Virus record (IMG/VR): IMGVR_UViG_3300044956_000431
Span: 45,985-109,984 of that record
Length of the DNA: 64,000 nucleotides
Reading direction: 5' to 3' (one strand)
Source: a virus
The translations under genes and the position numbers were made by a program. The notes below the pieces were generated by a model. The model was not told the origin of the DNA and did no database searches. It worked only from the letters and a program-made list of their open reading frames with translations. How positions within the stretch are numbered: the stretch's first letter is position 1; each line of letters begins with the position of its first letter. Below, piece by piece: positions 47,144 to 57,309 of this stretch.

Positions 47144-48345
47144 CTAGGCACAACCTGTGTGGAAGGGCTTGTCAATGTAGGTGTGGCCGAACGAGGTGTG
47201 GCCGGCGATGCGGTAGTAGTGTTTACCTGCGCAGGTACTTTAGGAAAGAAAAATCCATCGGCCTTGTTGGCAGCCTGACGCACTGCACCTGGCAGCTCGG
47301 CTCTGATCACGTCTTTGACCACAGCATTGGCTTCGTTACGAACGATGCTGGCAAGATTTTTTCCTTTGAATGTTTGATAAGCAGTTCCAGCTTTTTGTAC
47401 AGCACCAATGATACCCAAAACTGATCCACTCTGTAGGTCGTTGACAATGCCGCCCACTGTGTCAATCAAGCCGCCCTGTCCCAATATGGTTGCACTGTTG
47501 CCCAATCTATTCAAAGGACTGCGTTTGGTATCATAGTTGGCAGGGTCAGCAAAACCTTTGATATTTGCGCTGGGTCTTGATGTATCAATCTTACCTTGAT
47601 AGTATTTCACAGTTTCATAGCGCACAACCATTTGATGTTCCATAAGACCATTGCCTTGGCTGTAATCATAGGTATCATGTCGCCAGTCAGCGATCATTGG
47701 GTTAATCAACACATAAGCACAGAAGTCATGTTGACTCATGCCATAAATCGTAATATCTTTGAAGAATGGTGCTTTGCCACCAACACCGGCTGCTCCGTCA
47801 CTGTAACTTTCGCCAATGTATCCCCAATCGTTGACTGTACGATCATCTTTATAGATGTCTCGACCGTTGTAACTGAGTTTGGGATCTCCACCGTTGCCGC
47901 TCTGTCCCAAGCTGCCTTGTGTAACAGGCACGCCCCAATACTGTTGAGTAGGATCTTTGTAGTAATAAGCAAAGTAGTTGTACCACATGTTACGGATCAA
48001 GTCGTTACCGTCATCGTGGAAAGTAAACTGACAGGGATTGTAGTTGATTTTTTTCTGCACCAACCGCTTGCGGTTGTACTGGTTCATCGTCTCTACGTCA
48101 ATGTCGTAGTTGGGCAACTGCACGGTCTTGACCAAGAGACCAAGATTTTGTTGATCAGCCCTGTTGAAAACTTCTTTGAGTTTGGGTATTTCTACTGTGT
48201 TGAGATTGAAGTAGACGTGGAATAAAAACTTGTAGCGAGGCGCTAGCTGATATCCGTTGGCACGAAAAGTCTTGCTGGCGTGTGTGTAGTCCTTTAGATA
48301 GTCACTTCCAAAGAACCCCTTTAGGAAGTCCTGTCCAAAGGCCAT
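47140..48345 (-). CDS. Tail tube-like or baseplate-tube junction protein (gp48/gp54-like)
   Basis: Tube-fold pattern VKTVQLP...YNP..FTFHDD...NPMI..W; lies next to the tail tube gene. Confidence 0.6.
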   Translation of the reverse strand: MAFGQDFLKGFFGSDYLKDYTHASKTFRANGYQLAPRYKFLFHVYFNLNTVEIPKLKEVFNRADQQNLGLLVKTVQLPNYDIDVETMNQYNRKRLVQKKINYNPCQFTFHDDGNDLIRNMWYNYFAYYYKDPTQQYWGVPVTQGSLGQSGNGGDPKLSYNGRDIYKDDRTVNDWGYIGESYSDGAAGVGGKAPFFKDITIYGMSQHDFCAYVLINPMIADWRHDTYDYSQGNGLMEHQMVVRYETVKYYQGKIDTSRPSANIKGFADPANYDTKRSPLNRLGNSATILGQGGLIDTVGGIVNDLQSGSVLGIIGAVQKAGTAYQTFKGKNLASIVRNEANAVVKDVIRAELPGAVRQAANKADGFFFPKVPAQVNTTTASPATPRSATPTLTSPSTQVVPR

Positions 48346-48349
48346 GTCG

Positions 48350-48967
48350 TTAACCTGTTACTACGTCGCCCAGTGTTCGGCCCACTAACGCGCCAACACC
48401 AGAACCAATAGGAGTTTGGGTAGCGTTGTCAAAGCGGATGTTCATGGTAATAGTAACTGGTAAGCTCTCTGCGTAGTTGAGATCGTTGTAGTTCACTGAG
48501 GCCAAGTAGCAACCATAGATCTCCCAAGTTTCAAGAACCACAGGAGTTGACGCACCGTTGCCACCATCGAGGATTTCACAACGTGTGGTAAACTTATAGT
48601 CAATGCCTGAACTGGCGGATGCCTGCTCCATAAAGTCCAACTGCTTTTGCAGTTGTTCGCCGACTAACTTGGCCACGTTACCACCTGCATCATCTCGCAA
48701 GTTAACTGTGAGAGCTTCCCAGCTGTATTTGCCAGCCAAATAAATGGTGGAGTTATAAACCGGTACTTGCATTTCTTCAAAGGTCACTGATGGACGTGTG
48801 AAGTCAATGACTTGTTTGGTCAACTCGGTTCTTGGTGTGCTGACTCCAAGATTCTCAAATACCACACGGAAGCGATACTTGAGCTTTGGCATGAGCAAGC
48901 CTTGTGTTGGACTTGACTGATCACTGGCCAAAGGCACGGTCATTCTAGTTAATGATGCGATGGACAT
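48350..48967 (-). CDS. Tail tube protein (gp19-like)
   Basis: KYRFRV, AGKYSWE..TVNLRDD, WEIYGC and ITMNIRFD; follows the sheath gene. Confidence 0.85.
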   Translation of the reverse strand: MSIASLTRMTVPLASDQSSPTQGLLMPKLKYRFRVVFENLGVSTPRTELTKQVIDFTRPSVTFEEMQVPVYNSTIYLAGKYSWEALTVNLRDDAGGNVAKLVGEQLQKQLDFMEQASASSGIDYKFTTRCEILDGGNGASTPVVLETWEIYGCYLASVNYNDLNYAESLPVTITMNIRFDNATQTPIGSGVGALVGRTLGDVVTG

Positions 48968-49007
48968 GTTTGTCTCCTATTATGTAATTATTTATGGCAG
49001 ATGAGAT

Positions 49008-49037
49008 CAAAAAAAATGGGGCCAAAGCCCCATTTTT
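49008..49037. terminator. Rho-independent terminator
   Basis: A-tract, ATGGGGC-caaa-GCCCCAT, T-tract. Confidence 0.8.
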
Positions 49038-49054
49038 CTGCATTTGCGATACCG

Positions 49055-52000
49055 TTAGACGGTACTTGATGTTGCAATCTGGCCTGCAGATATCTCACCT
49101 GTGTTCTTGATTCGCACAGGAATGTAGATAAACTCAACAGACTTGACAGGTTCAATAGCGATGTCAACATACAGTTCATTTCTGTCGATACGAGCTGGTG
49201 TGTTGTTTGATTCATCGCAAACTACCAAGTAGTCGTAGATACCACGTTTAGCGACCAAATCATTGAGTAGATTTTGAATGGAGCTAGAAATCTCATCGCG
49301 AGTGATTTGATCGTTGGGTTCAAACACAAAGTTCTTGCCAATGCTGTCTAAACGTGCTCTCAAGAATGCAACCAAACGTGCTACGTTGATACGATCCAGT
49401 GCGCTTGGTGCTGTAGCCTCTGTCTTGTTACCATAGTTCAAGATACCTGATCCAGGCAAGAACGTGATTGGGTTGATAGAGTTTTCATACAACACATCAC
49501 GGATACCTTGACGGGTAGCTGTTGATACAAACTCTCCTGTCTGTGCGTTTACATATCCTAATGCAAATGCATTGTCAACAATACCACGGCGTGTACCAGC
49601 TGGTGCCAACCATGGATAACTGACTTCGTCGCTACGCAAGATAGTACGGATCATCATATGGCTAGGTGGTTGTACCACTGTGGCACCTAAAAGATCTGTG
49701 GTCTGACATGAAGGATAAAAAGTGCCTAGAAATGCATCTGCTGTGACCAGGCCGTCTTCGCTGTCTAACCCCATACCTGCGGCATTGGTAGCCCAGGCAG
49801 TGATAGCATCAGCGCTGTCATCTAGTCGCATTGGTGTGTCACCAATCACAAACGCTGTTTGACCGCGTTCGTTGTTGAGTGCTACCATGTTAGGAATCAG
49901 CTCAGGGTAGTTTGGTGTAGCTATCAAGTTAAACTGGCGTTGTTCTTCGCGCAGTTCCTGATTGCTGTCAATGCTGGACTTCATGGCCATTACCACCATG
50001 GCACGCACTGCTTTACGGCCCATGTAAGGAGCACCGTTGTCTTGCAATCCGCTGGCAGTGACCCATGCATCTGTTACAGTGCCTGTGAATGTAGGATAGT
50101 CAGTGGTGTTGAAATAATCAACTTTGAAGCTTTTGACATTAAATCCTGAACGACGCAAGTTGAATCCCAACATGCCTTCTGGATAGAGACTGTAATCTGG
50201 TGCATCTGGATCCAGATATGAGCTAGACAACAAGCTAGTTATAGTTGGCTTAGGTGCGGTGATAGGGTCTGTGTCTCCATTGGTAGCCCAACGGAAATCT
50301 GCAAACTCCACGCCATTGGGTGTGGTTTGATCTGTATTGTCAAGCAGTACCCATTGATCTGTGCCGTCCAAAGGTTCCCAACGCTTGATTATAGGATACT
50401 GTTCTAAATCACTGATGTCAATCCACAGATCACCGTACACTAGATCAGTGCCGTCAGTCTGTAGAGTAGGAGCAGTCACAGACACAATAGGACCTGTCGG
50501 ATTGGTCAGTGTCAAGTTGAACCCACGTGAATCGTTGTCCACTGTTTTGTAACCTTTCCAGTTGGTTCCATCATTGATCATGATGTCAACTTGGTCAGTG
50601 GCAGAATAGTACCACAAACGACCATCAGCAGGATCTTGATCAGGTGCTGAATCTGATGCTGTATAGGTGAGTGACACCCAGTTGCTCAAGGTCAGTCCAT
50701 TGGCAACATCATCAGGAGTGGTATATTTGACTCCTTCTACTTGGATGTTGAATCCAGCATCAGCAGTTGGTGTACCAACTGTGTCAACTAACACAATACT
50801 ACCGCCCTGTGTATGCTGTATTTGTACAGCACCATCACTGGTAACTCCGGCTGTGGTATTTGCCACATTAGCAGCCAAGAATGCAGTGACAAAGTCTGCG
50901 GCTGTGGTACCGCCCAGAGTGGCAGTCACGGTTGAAGTTAGATTGTTACTGTTCTTGACACTGGCTTGAATAGTGAAAGTATCACCAGGTGTGAATGTGG
51001 GCAATGTGTCATCGCCTGTGACAATAGTTGAACCACTTTGCAGGCGTTCAAAAATCTTCAGCGTAAAAGTATCATCGTCGTTGACGTCATATTGAGCATA
51101 GGTACTGCCAGCAGCGATATTGCGGCCGCCACCAGCTGGATCAAGAGCTTTGTTTGCATACTGATCGTTTTCATAGATAGGACATGTTTGTTGGATGAAC
51201 AAGCTCAGCGTAGAGCTGAACTTCTTGACCACCAGGTTTGCACCCTGATTTACATTGTTAGTCTTGTTCCAAACTGATCCAGATGGGTGAGGCTCAGAAC
51301 TGCTGGATCTCCACTGTGGAACAGTATAGTTTGGACTGGCCTGTAACACAGGTGCCCAGTAGATTTTTGGCGTGATGCCCACGGCAGCCAAAACATCGCC
51401 TGAACCGTCGCGCACATCAAGAATACCGTTACCGTTGTCAGTAGAACTATCGTCTGTGCCTCGGCCATCGATATACAACACCAGTTTGCCACTGACGTTT
51501 TGAGCACTGATACCCGAATCGCTAGGCATATCACTGTTTATAGTTGTAGCTAGCTGTGTAACGTTGGTTCCTGAGAAGTTAATCAGTGTGTCATTGAGGA
51601 AGAATGTACCGGCAGTCAGGGTTGGATTGGTAGCTGTACCAATCACTGATGGCCATGAATTTTTCCAATCATTGCTGCCAACCAGCACCCAAGTGTTGGC
51701 TGCCACAGTGGGATTGCTTTCTGTGTTACCGCCAGTTTTATAATAAACTGGGTTGCTAGAGTTGGTTGCAACCACAGCGTAGTCGCCAATGTTGCCAATG
51801 CTGTCTTTGGGAATACCGCTGTCAAGATCATCAGTGCTGACAAGCACAATAGGTGTTTTCAGTGTGAATGCAGAGTTAGTGAAGCTCCACTCAAAAATGC
51901 CCCATGCTGATTCCAGAGTATCTAGCCAGTAAGTGCCATTGTCTGGACTACCAGTAGGACGTGTTAGACTGGCTGTAAGTTCGCTGAGATCAATGTCGGA

Positions 52001-52333
52001 ACGCTGTACATAGCAACGATTTGATATGCCCAGTGCTGAATAAGCCGCAAGCAATCCATATTCGTTGAGTTCGTAGCCGTTGATGGGCGTGCCTGCTGTG
52101 GTTTGATAAAAGAATGGATTACCAAACGTATTGACCAAATCTCTCTGTGAAGAGATTAAATAAACCTTGCCAGCATTGGCCGCTGTGGTGCCGGCAGCAA
52201 TGCCTACACCGCTACCGCTGATCTTGTTCTGCGCTGTGGCGATCAAGACGAACGGTATTGAATTAGTTGGGGCTGGTAAGTAGTTACTTTCGTCAATGAT
52301 TGTAACTTCTACGCCTGGGGAAACTAGTGCCAT
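49055..52333 (-). CDS. Contractile tail sheath protein (gp18-like, ~1090 aa)
   Basis: MALVSPGVEV start; PWLAPAGTRRG, INPI, GNKT, DRINVARL, FEPND and VCDESNNTP. Confidence 0.93.
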   Translation of the reverse strand: MALVSPGVEVTIIDESNYLPAPTNSIPFVLIATAQNKISGSGVGIAAGTTAANAGKVYLISSQRDLVNTFGNPFFYQTTAGTPINGYELNEYGLLAAYSALGISNRCYVQRSDIDLSELTASLTRPTGSPDNGTYWLDTLESAWGIFEWSFTNSAFTLKTPIVLVSTDDLDSGIPKDSIGNIGDYAVVATNSSNPVYYKTGGNTESNPTVAANTWVLVGSNDWKNSWPSVIGTATNPTLTAGTFFLNDTLINFSGTNVTQLATTINSDMPSDSGISAQNVSGKLVLYIDGRGTDDSSTDNGNGILDVRDGSGDVLAAVGITPKIYWAPVLQASPNYTVPQWRSSSSEPHPSGSVWNKTNNVNQGANLVVKKFSSTLSLFIQQTCPIYENDQYANKALDPAGGGRNIAAGSTYAQYDVNDDDTFTLKIFERLQSGSTIVTGDDTLPTFTPGDTFTIQASVKNSNNLTSTVTATLGGTTAADFVTAFLAANVANTTAGVTSDGAVQIQHTQGGSIVLVDTVGTPTADAGFNIQVEGVKYTTPDDVANGLTLSNWVSLTYTASDSAPDQDPADGRLWYYSATDQVDIMINDGTNWKGYKTVDNDSRGFNLTLTNPTGPIVSVTAPTLQTDGTDLVYGDLWIDISDLEQYPIIKRWEPLDGTDQWVLLDNTDQTTPNGVEFADFRWATNGDTDPITAPKPTITSLLSSSYLDPDAPDYSLYPEGMLGFNLRRSGFNVKSFKVDYFNTTDYPTFTGTVTDAWVTASGLQDNGAPYMGRKAVRAMVVMAMKSSIDSNQELREEQRQFNLIATPNYPELIPNMVALNNERGQTAFVIGDTPMRLDDSADAITAWATNAAGMGLDSEDGLVTADAFLGTFYPSCQTTDLLGATVVQPPSHMMIRTILRSDEVSYPWLAPAGTRRGIVDNAFALGYVNAQTGEFVSTATRQGIRDVLYENSINPITFLPGSGILNYGNKTEATAPSALDRINVARLVAFLRARLDSIGKNFVFEPNDQITRDEISSSIQNLLNDLVAKRGIYDYLVVCDESNNTPARIDRNELYVDIAIEPVKSVEFIYIPVRIKNTGEISAGQIATSSTV

Positions 52334-52437
52334 GTGTCTGTTCCTTCTATAAAAAGTGCTATTCATATTTAGCGGCAGGCACCAAAACCGCTGTCTAACC
52401 TTGCCCTTACCTAAGGTTTTGTAGGCGTAAATACAAC

Positions 52438-52785
52438 ATGACTCGCCCAATGTGCAAGGCCTGTGCCAAGAATCCCACTGCTATCAACTGCTACAGAGAT
52501 GATAAAATCTATTATCGCAGTCGATGTGATGCTTGTATACGCAAAGGACGCAAACAAAAACCAGCTATACCTCGTTGGCAATCAGCTGGTTATAAGAAAA
52601 AAATGATTTGTGATCGTTGTGGATTTAGAGCCAAGAGCACTGCACAAATCCTAGTTTATCACATGGATGGAAATCTCAATAACTCTGATCTACGCAATCT
52701 TAAAAGTATTTGTTTGAACTGCACTGTGGAAGTTACTCGAAGCGATTTGCCTTGGCGTCACGGAGACCTTGAAGAAGATCGTTGA
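52438..52785 (+). CDS. HNH-like zinc-binding protein
   Basis: Four CxxC pairs; HMDGNLNN...NL..ICLNC. Confidence 0.7.
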   Translation: MTRPMCKACAKNPTAINCYRDDKIYYRSRCDACIRKGRKQKPAIPRWQSAGYKKKMICDRCGFRAKSTAQILVYHMDGNLNNSDLRNLKSICLNCTVEVTRSDLPWRHGDLEEDR

Positions 52786-53379
52786 CCTGGGTATATAGTT
52801 GATCTAATGTGCTGTTGTTATCTAGCACAGCATCAAACTTAGTGTCTACCCAAGCAGTTTTGCTGGCATGGACTTTTTGCTTGATCAACTCCCACTTGGC
52901 TGTTTCTTAACCCTTGAGATTATCTTCTAGCGCAAAATCGTACCATTCGGGCTCGGGTCCTGGCACCACTCTCGGCACAATACCATCTTGATTCCTGATA
53001 ACTTTGATTTTGTTAGGAAACCTGCAGTCCAAAATAACCACGTCATCTTGACTATTACGCAGTTTGTTTTCCAGGCTGGCAATCGAGATATTGTCATGAA
53101 TCCTTTGCGGCATACTTCTGTGCCCCAGTATTGCAGAATCCAGCGAGGAGTTATAGCTTGATTTAAACGCTGTCTCCACCACGTATCTACTTGTTCGCGC
53201 CATTCACGGGCTTGTTTTGTGCGCCCTTCCAGCATGGTTTAATCCCAATCAAACACAGATCTCACAGCATTTTTCAGTGTGTTGACACAGCTTTCACGCC
53301 TAAACTGATATATATTAACCAGGTAGTCTGCAATGGTGTCTTTGCCAGATCCAATGAATCCACAGATTCCAATGATCAT
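52733..53379 (-). pseudogene. Deoxynucleoside monophosphate kinase (T4 gp1-like) pseudogene
   Basis: MIIGICGFIGSGKDT, TPRWILQYWGTE and DCRFPN; in-frame TAA at 53239-53241 and 52907-52909; frameshift near 53098. Confidence 0.88.
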
Positions 53380-53897
53380 ACCAGTTCCTTTATTTTTAAC
53401 ATTTCTAGAGAGTCGTGTAACAGATCAATCTGCCTACGGCAGTCTTCCAAGGCATGATGACTGGCATGATATTTGTTTAGACCTGGGCAAAGTCCGTATA
53501 CTGTGCGAGCATCACGCACCACATAGTATTTCCAGGGAAGTGCCAACCCAAAGCTCTTGTAAGCATGTTCAAGGATATTCATGTCAAAGGTAGGTCCGTT
53601 GGCCCAGATACGTTTGGAGTGCCAGACAATGCGCCCCAGTTCTTCTAGTGCTTGCGACAGCGGAATACGTCCTTCTGGGTTGAATGCTTCGTCCTTGGCT
53701 GCTAGCGGCTGGGTGGCCCACCAATCAATGGTACCTTTCTCGATGTTGCGACCTGGCTGACTTTCTATATCAACACGAGCATAGTATTGTTGATCAAAAT
53801 ATCCGCGAGAAAATGGGTCAAACGCCTGTGCGGCAATGGTAAGAATACAGGCTTCAGGGCCTGTACCCACAGTTTCAATGTCAATCATTAGGTCCAT
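53376..53897 (-). CDS. DEDDh 3'-5' exonuclease
   Basis: MIDIET, WANGPTFD, RDART and HHALED. Confidence 0.88.
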   Translation of the reverse strand: MDLMIDIETVGTGPEACILTIAAQAFDPFSRGYFDQQYYARVDIESQPGRNIEKGTIDWWATQPLAAKDEAFNPEGRIPLSQALEELGRIVWHSKRIWANGPTFDMNILEHAYKSFGLALPWKYYVVRDARTVYGLCPGLNKYHASHHALEDCRRQIDLLHDSLEMLKIKELV

Positions 53898-53902
53898 GCT
53901 GT

Positions 53903-53931
53903 ATTATAGCATGAGCCGACTATGAAGTCAA
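53903..53931 (-). promoter_or_regulatory. Sigma70-type early promoter, probably leaderless
   Basis: TTGACT-N17-TATAAT with extended -10 TG, ending 5 nt before the ATG at 53897. Confidence 0.7.
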
Positions 53932-53940
53932 ACAGGAGAT

Positions 53941-54711
53941 TTAACCAATAACAAAGGTCAAAGGCTCGGATCCGTCTACGTATTGTTTGAGCTCTTCCAC
54001 CTTGAGGTCCATTTGCGCCTGTGCTTCGCCTTTGAGTGCGGCACCATTCAGGGTGCTCCCGCCTTGTGGTCCGGCAATCTGGGCAAACTTTTCACGGGCC
54101 TCGCCAATGATCATCTTGCAAGCGGCTACCATGTAATCTCTGATCCATTGATTGATTTGATAGGTGCTGAGCAGAGAAATCTCTGGTTTGAGTTGATAAA
54201 CCCAGAGCAAAATAACTTCGCCTGTGCCTTTGGGATCGCGCATGAACTGTATCTGCTTGGTCACTGGATTGAAGGTATAGTTCAAAAATCCACCAAACAT
54301 ACGGGCAGCCAGTTCCACATACTGTGTGTAAAAATCATATGTGGCTAGGCCACCGGCTGTACTGTAGTTCAACAGATAGGTGTTGAGAGTGTTCGAACTA
54401 AACGGATCAAAACTGGATGAATACGGACCTTGAGAGTTACCTATGGTGCGGCGAAAGGCCTGTCTCACACTATTGACTTCCTGTGGCAAGGTATAGATAT
54501 TGACGTCTTCAATCAGCGTTAAAAAAATATAGCACTCTTCATAGGCATTCTGCGCACGTTGGCGATAAGTGCCTATGGTACGTTGATATGCGGCTTCATA
54601 GTGTGCAGGGTCCAGCTCGAGATCAATGATATTATCGCCCAGAGTCAAGCGCACATATTCAATGAGATTTTGTTTGAGCGTATCTAGTGTTGATTCATTT
54701 TGATCCGGCAT
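53941..54711 (-). CDS. Neck protein (gp13-like)
   Basis: LG...IDLEL, WIRDY..A..K..IGEAREKF and GPQGGSTLNG. Confidence 0.75.
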   Translation of the reverse strand: MPDQNESTLDTLKQNLIEYVRLTLGDNIIDLELDPAHYEAAYQRTIGTYRQRAQNAYEECYIFLTLIEDVNIYTLPQEVNSVRQAFRRTIGNSQGPYSSSFDPFSSNTLNTYLLNYSTAGGLATYDFYTQYVELAARMFGGFLNYTFNPVTKQIQFMRDPKGTGEVILLWVYQLKPEISLLSTYQINQWIRDYMVAACKMIIGEAREKFAQIAGPQGGSTLNGAALKGEAQAQMDLKVEELKQYVDGSEPLTFVIG

Positions 54712-54733
54712 TGGGGACTCCTGTTCCCTGTAT

Positions 54734-55909
54734 TTACCAGGCTTTGAGTATGATCAAGCTCTCATTACCACGCCCATTGTACTTGACTTCTGTGGCTTTG
54801 ATATCTTTGAAATACTTGCGCTGGGCAGGCTTTCCTCCGGCCAGTAGAGCTTTGAGCTGTTCTGCTGGCTTGCGCAGAGTCTTTTGATTGGTTGTGCCTG
54901 TGTCAAAGCCCACGATGCTGGACCCTTTAACTGAAAAACTGCCAGCGTGTTGATCTGCAACCACATGGATCAGTTTACGTTTTTTGGTGTTGTACAGCCA
55001 GGCTTCTGATGCACCTACCAGTTTGGCCGGAGATTCTGATACGAGCTTAAGCTCGGCGAAATTCTTTAGGAACTTGAATTTGCTGGCTTGCTTTTCCGGG
55101 CTCACTGCTTTCTTGGCACGAGGTTTGCGTTCTACTTTCTTGATTTGTACATAGTTGCCGCAATCCGCGATCACTTGCTCGCTGAACTTTAGAAAGTTCT
55201 TGAGCTGTGTTCTGGTCCATGAGCTGTAACCTTCTACCAACTGAGCATCTTTGCCAGCAATGACTTGTTTAATCTCGGTCGCTCGTTTTTTCCAATGATC
55301 AACGATGGTGCTCACCATTTGCGGCGCAACATTCATACCACGCATCAAAGTGATGGGTTTGTAATCTGCACTCATTCTAGCGCCGGCCAAAATAAAGTCG
55401 TCAAACATACCTTCAAGTTCGCCGGCACATTCTAATACTTTTTCACGCAAGCGATCCTGGATTGTGATGCGGGCAGTTTCTGCTTGTTTTTCGGCCTTGT
55501 CATCAGTTGATGCTTGTTCTTGAGCCGATAGTTTTATAGCTGGTTTGTGTTTTTCAAGCAGGGCACTGACAGAGTTTTTGACAAACAACAGTTCATGTTC
55601 TGTGAGCTCTAATCCCATGATGTTCATGCGGCAGAGCCAACCCAGAGTGCTGGGAACACCCTGTTCTGGCACACTGCGAAATGCTTTGGTGTTTTTATCT
55701 TCGTGACGATTCAACCAATCTGCCACAAACTCCTTGGCTTCTTTCTTGTCCAAATAATAGTTGTACCAGTTAAATGCTCGACCCAGAGTACTGGCTCGGC
55801 ACTCGCCATCGGGTTGAAACTTCCATGCAGGTTCTTCGCCCATGTATTTGGTATCTGCGGCGCGGATATGCAAAGGTTTGGCAGGTTTGAGTGCAGTGGT
55901 AGATTTCAA
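54734..55909 (-). CDS. Hypothetical early protein
   Basis: 391-aa basic ORF behind a sigma70-like promoter. Confidence 0.7.
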   Translation of the reverse strand: MKSTTALKPAKPLHIRAADTKYMGEEPAWKFQPDGECRASTLGRAFNWYNYYLDKKEAKEFVADWLNRHEDKNTKAFRSVPEQGVPSTLGWLCRMNIMGLELTEHELLFVKNSVSALLEKHKPAIKLSAQEQASTDDKAEKQAETARITIQDRLREKVLECAGELEGMFDDFILAGARMSADYKPITLMRGMNVAPQMVSTIVDHWKKRATEIKQVIAGKDAQLVEGYSSWTRTQLKNFLKFSEQVIADCGNYVQIKKVERKPRAKKAVSPEKQASKFKFLKNFAELKLVSESPAKLVGASEAWLYNTKKRKLIHVVADQHAGSFSVKGSSIVGFDTGTTNQKTLRKPAEQLKALLAGGKPAQRKYFKDIKATEVKYNGRGNESLIILKAW

Positions 55910-55934
55910 AGCGGCTCCATGTTGATAATGTAGT

Positions 55935-55977
55935 ATTTTAGCACATTTGGATTTTCAGGTCAACCTACCCATAAATA
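55935..55977. promoter_or_regulatory. Back-to-back early (minus strand) and late (plus strand) promoters
   Basis: GGTTGACC-N17-TAAAAT on the minus strand at 55935-55963; TAAATA on the plus strand at 55972, 6 nt before the ATG at 55984. Confidence 0.65.
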
Positions 55978-55983
55978 CTAACT

Positions 55984-57309
55984 ATGCCCAGACTCAGTCT
56001 TTATCGCCCAAATCGCCAGAATGATTATAAGTTTTTGGACCGCACCATATCAGAAATGTACACTGTGGGCGGGTTAGACATCTATGTCCACAAGTATCTG
56101 GGATCAAAACCCCACGGTGATGACTCAAGTTCGCAGACTGGTGGTACACAGGATGCCACCCAACCAGCATATAGTTATGAAAATCCACTGTTTGTCGAAG
56201 ATCTATTACTGATTGAAAACAGAGATAGGGTCTACAGCACAGATGTGTACGTCATGCGAGGTATTTACAATCAACAGGACATTGACTTTGACCTTACCCA
56301 GTTTGGCTTGTTCTTAAACAACGATACCTTGTTTATCACCTTCCACTACAACGACATGATAGACACGCTGGGTCGCAAACTGATGTCAGGTGATGTACTG
56401 GAGTTTCCCAATCTCAAAGATTACAATCCTTTGAACGAAGCCTTGCCCAAGGCCTTGCCCAAATACTATGTGATACAAGACACTGCATTTGCCAGCGAGG
56501 GTTTTAGTGCCACGTGGCTGCCGCACCTTTGGCGTGTAAAAGCCACACCATTGGTTGGCGCACAAGAATACAACGACATCCTCAGCAAGCCTTTTGCACA
56601 GGATAACATTTGGGATCCAGGTAACTACTACCCTCGAGCTAGCATAGTGCTAGATGGCAATACCTATTACAAAGCCAAAGATCCTGTGCCAGTGGGCACG
56701 CCTATCACTGATCCACTTTGGGAAGTATACACTCCTGCTACCATACAAGAAAGCATTGGAACACGCAAAAAAGATTATGAACTCAATGATGCTATTTTGG
56801 CACAGGCCGAGTTTGAAGTTCCAAAATCAGGCTACGATGCTGTAAAGTTTTATATAGTACCCACAAACATTGATGGCACACCAGCAGATCCAGCCTCCAA
56901 TCCCACAGTGGACTATACTTTGGTATCTGTAGATAGTACCAATGTCAACTCAGACGCCACTGCTGTGACTCCGCGTGGCGATGGATACACTGCTGGCTAT
57001 TTGTCAGGAGACGGTGTTGCACCCAATGGTTTCACAGTTACACCGGGCATTAACTTTCCTCTCAACGCACAAGAAGGTGACTATTTACTGCGGTTGGATT
57101 ATTTTCCCAATAGACTGTTTCGTTTTTCTGGACGTCGTTGGGTCAAGATTGAAGATGCCGTACGTACCAACCTTACACCCGGGCCAGAAAACACAACTCT
57201 GCGTAGCAGTTTTGTCAACAACACTGCCACAACACCAACAGCAGATCGTGGACCAATACCACAGCGACAAGGTCTTAGCAATATTCTCAAACCTGAGGCG
57301 GATAACTAA
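55984..57309 (+). CDS. Neck or head-closure protein (gp14-like)
   Basis: DLTQFGLF...GRKLMSGDVLEFP pattern; lies between the gp13-like and gp15-like genes. Confidence 0.6.
   Translation: MPRLSLYRPNRQNDYKFLDRTISEMYTVGGLDIYVHKYLGSKPHGDDSSSQTGGTQDATQPAYSYENPLFVEDLLLIENRDRVYSTDVYVMRGIYNQQDIDFDLTQFGLFLNNDTLFITFHYNDMIDTLGRKLMSGDVLEFPNLKDYNPLNEALPKALPKYYVIQDTAFASEGFSATWLPHLWRVKATPLVGAQEYNDILSKPFAQDNIWDPGNYYPRASIVLDGNTYYKAKDPVPVGTPITDPLWEVYTPATIQESIGTRKKDYELNDAILAQAEFEVPKSGYDAVKFYIVPTNIDGTPADPASNPTVDYTLVSVDSTNVNSDATAVTPRGDGYTAGYLSGDGVAPNGFTVTPGINFPLNAQEGDYLLRLDYFPNRLFRFSGRRWVKIEDAVRTNLTPGPENTTLRSSFVNNTATTPTADRGPIPQRQGLSNILKPEADN

Noticed and set aside
47596-48225. 209-aa plus-strand ORF
   Set aside because: Antisense to a tail gene, with no recognisable motifs or expression signals
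52334-52450. Extended start of the tail sheath ORF
   Set aside because: The typical sheath N-terminus MALVSPGV begins at 52333 with an AGGA RBS; the extension overlaps the divergent gene
52733-53379. Stop-codon reassignment or programmed frameshifting as an explanation for the broken dNMP kinase
   Set aside because: The internal stops are TAA, which ends many intact genes here; other genes read normally in code 11; conserved residues are also mutated
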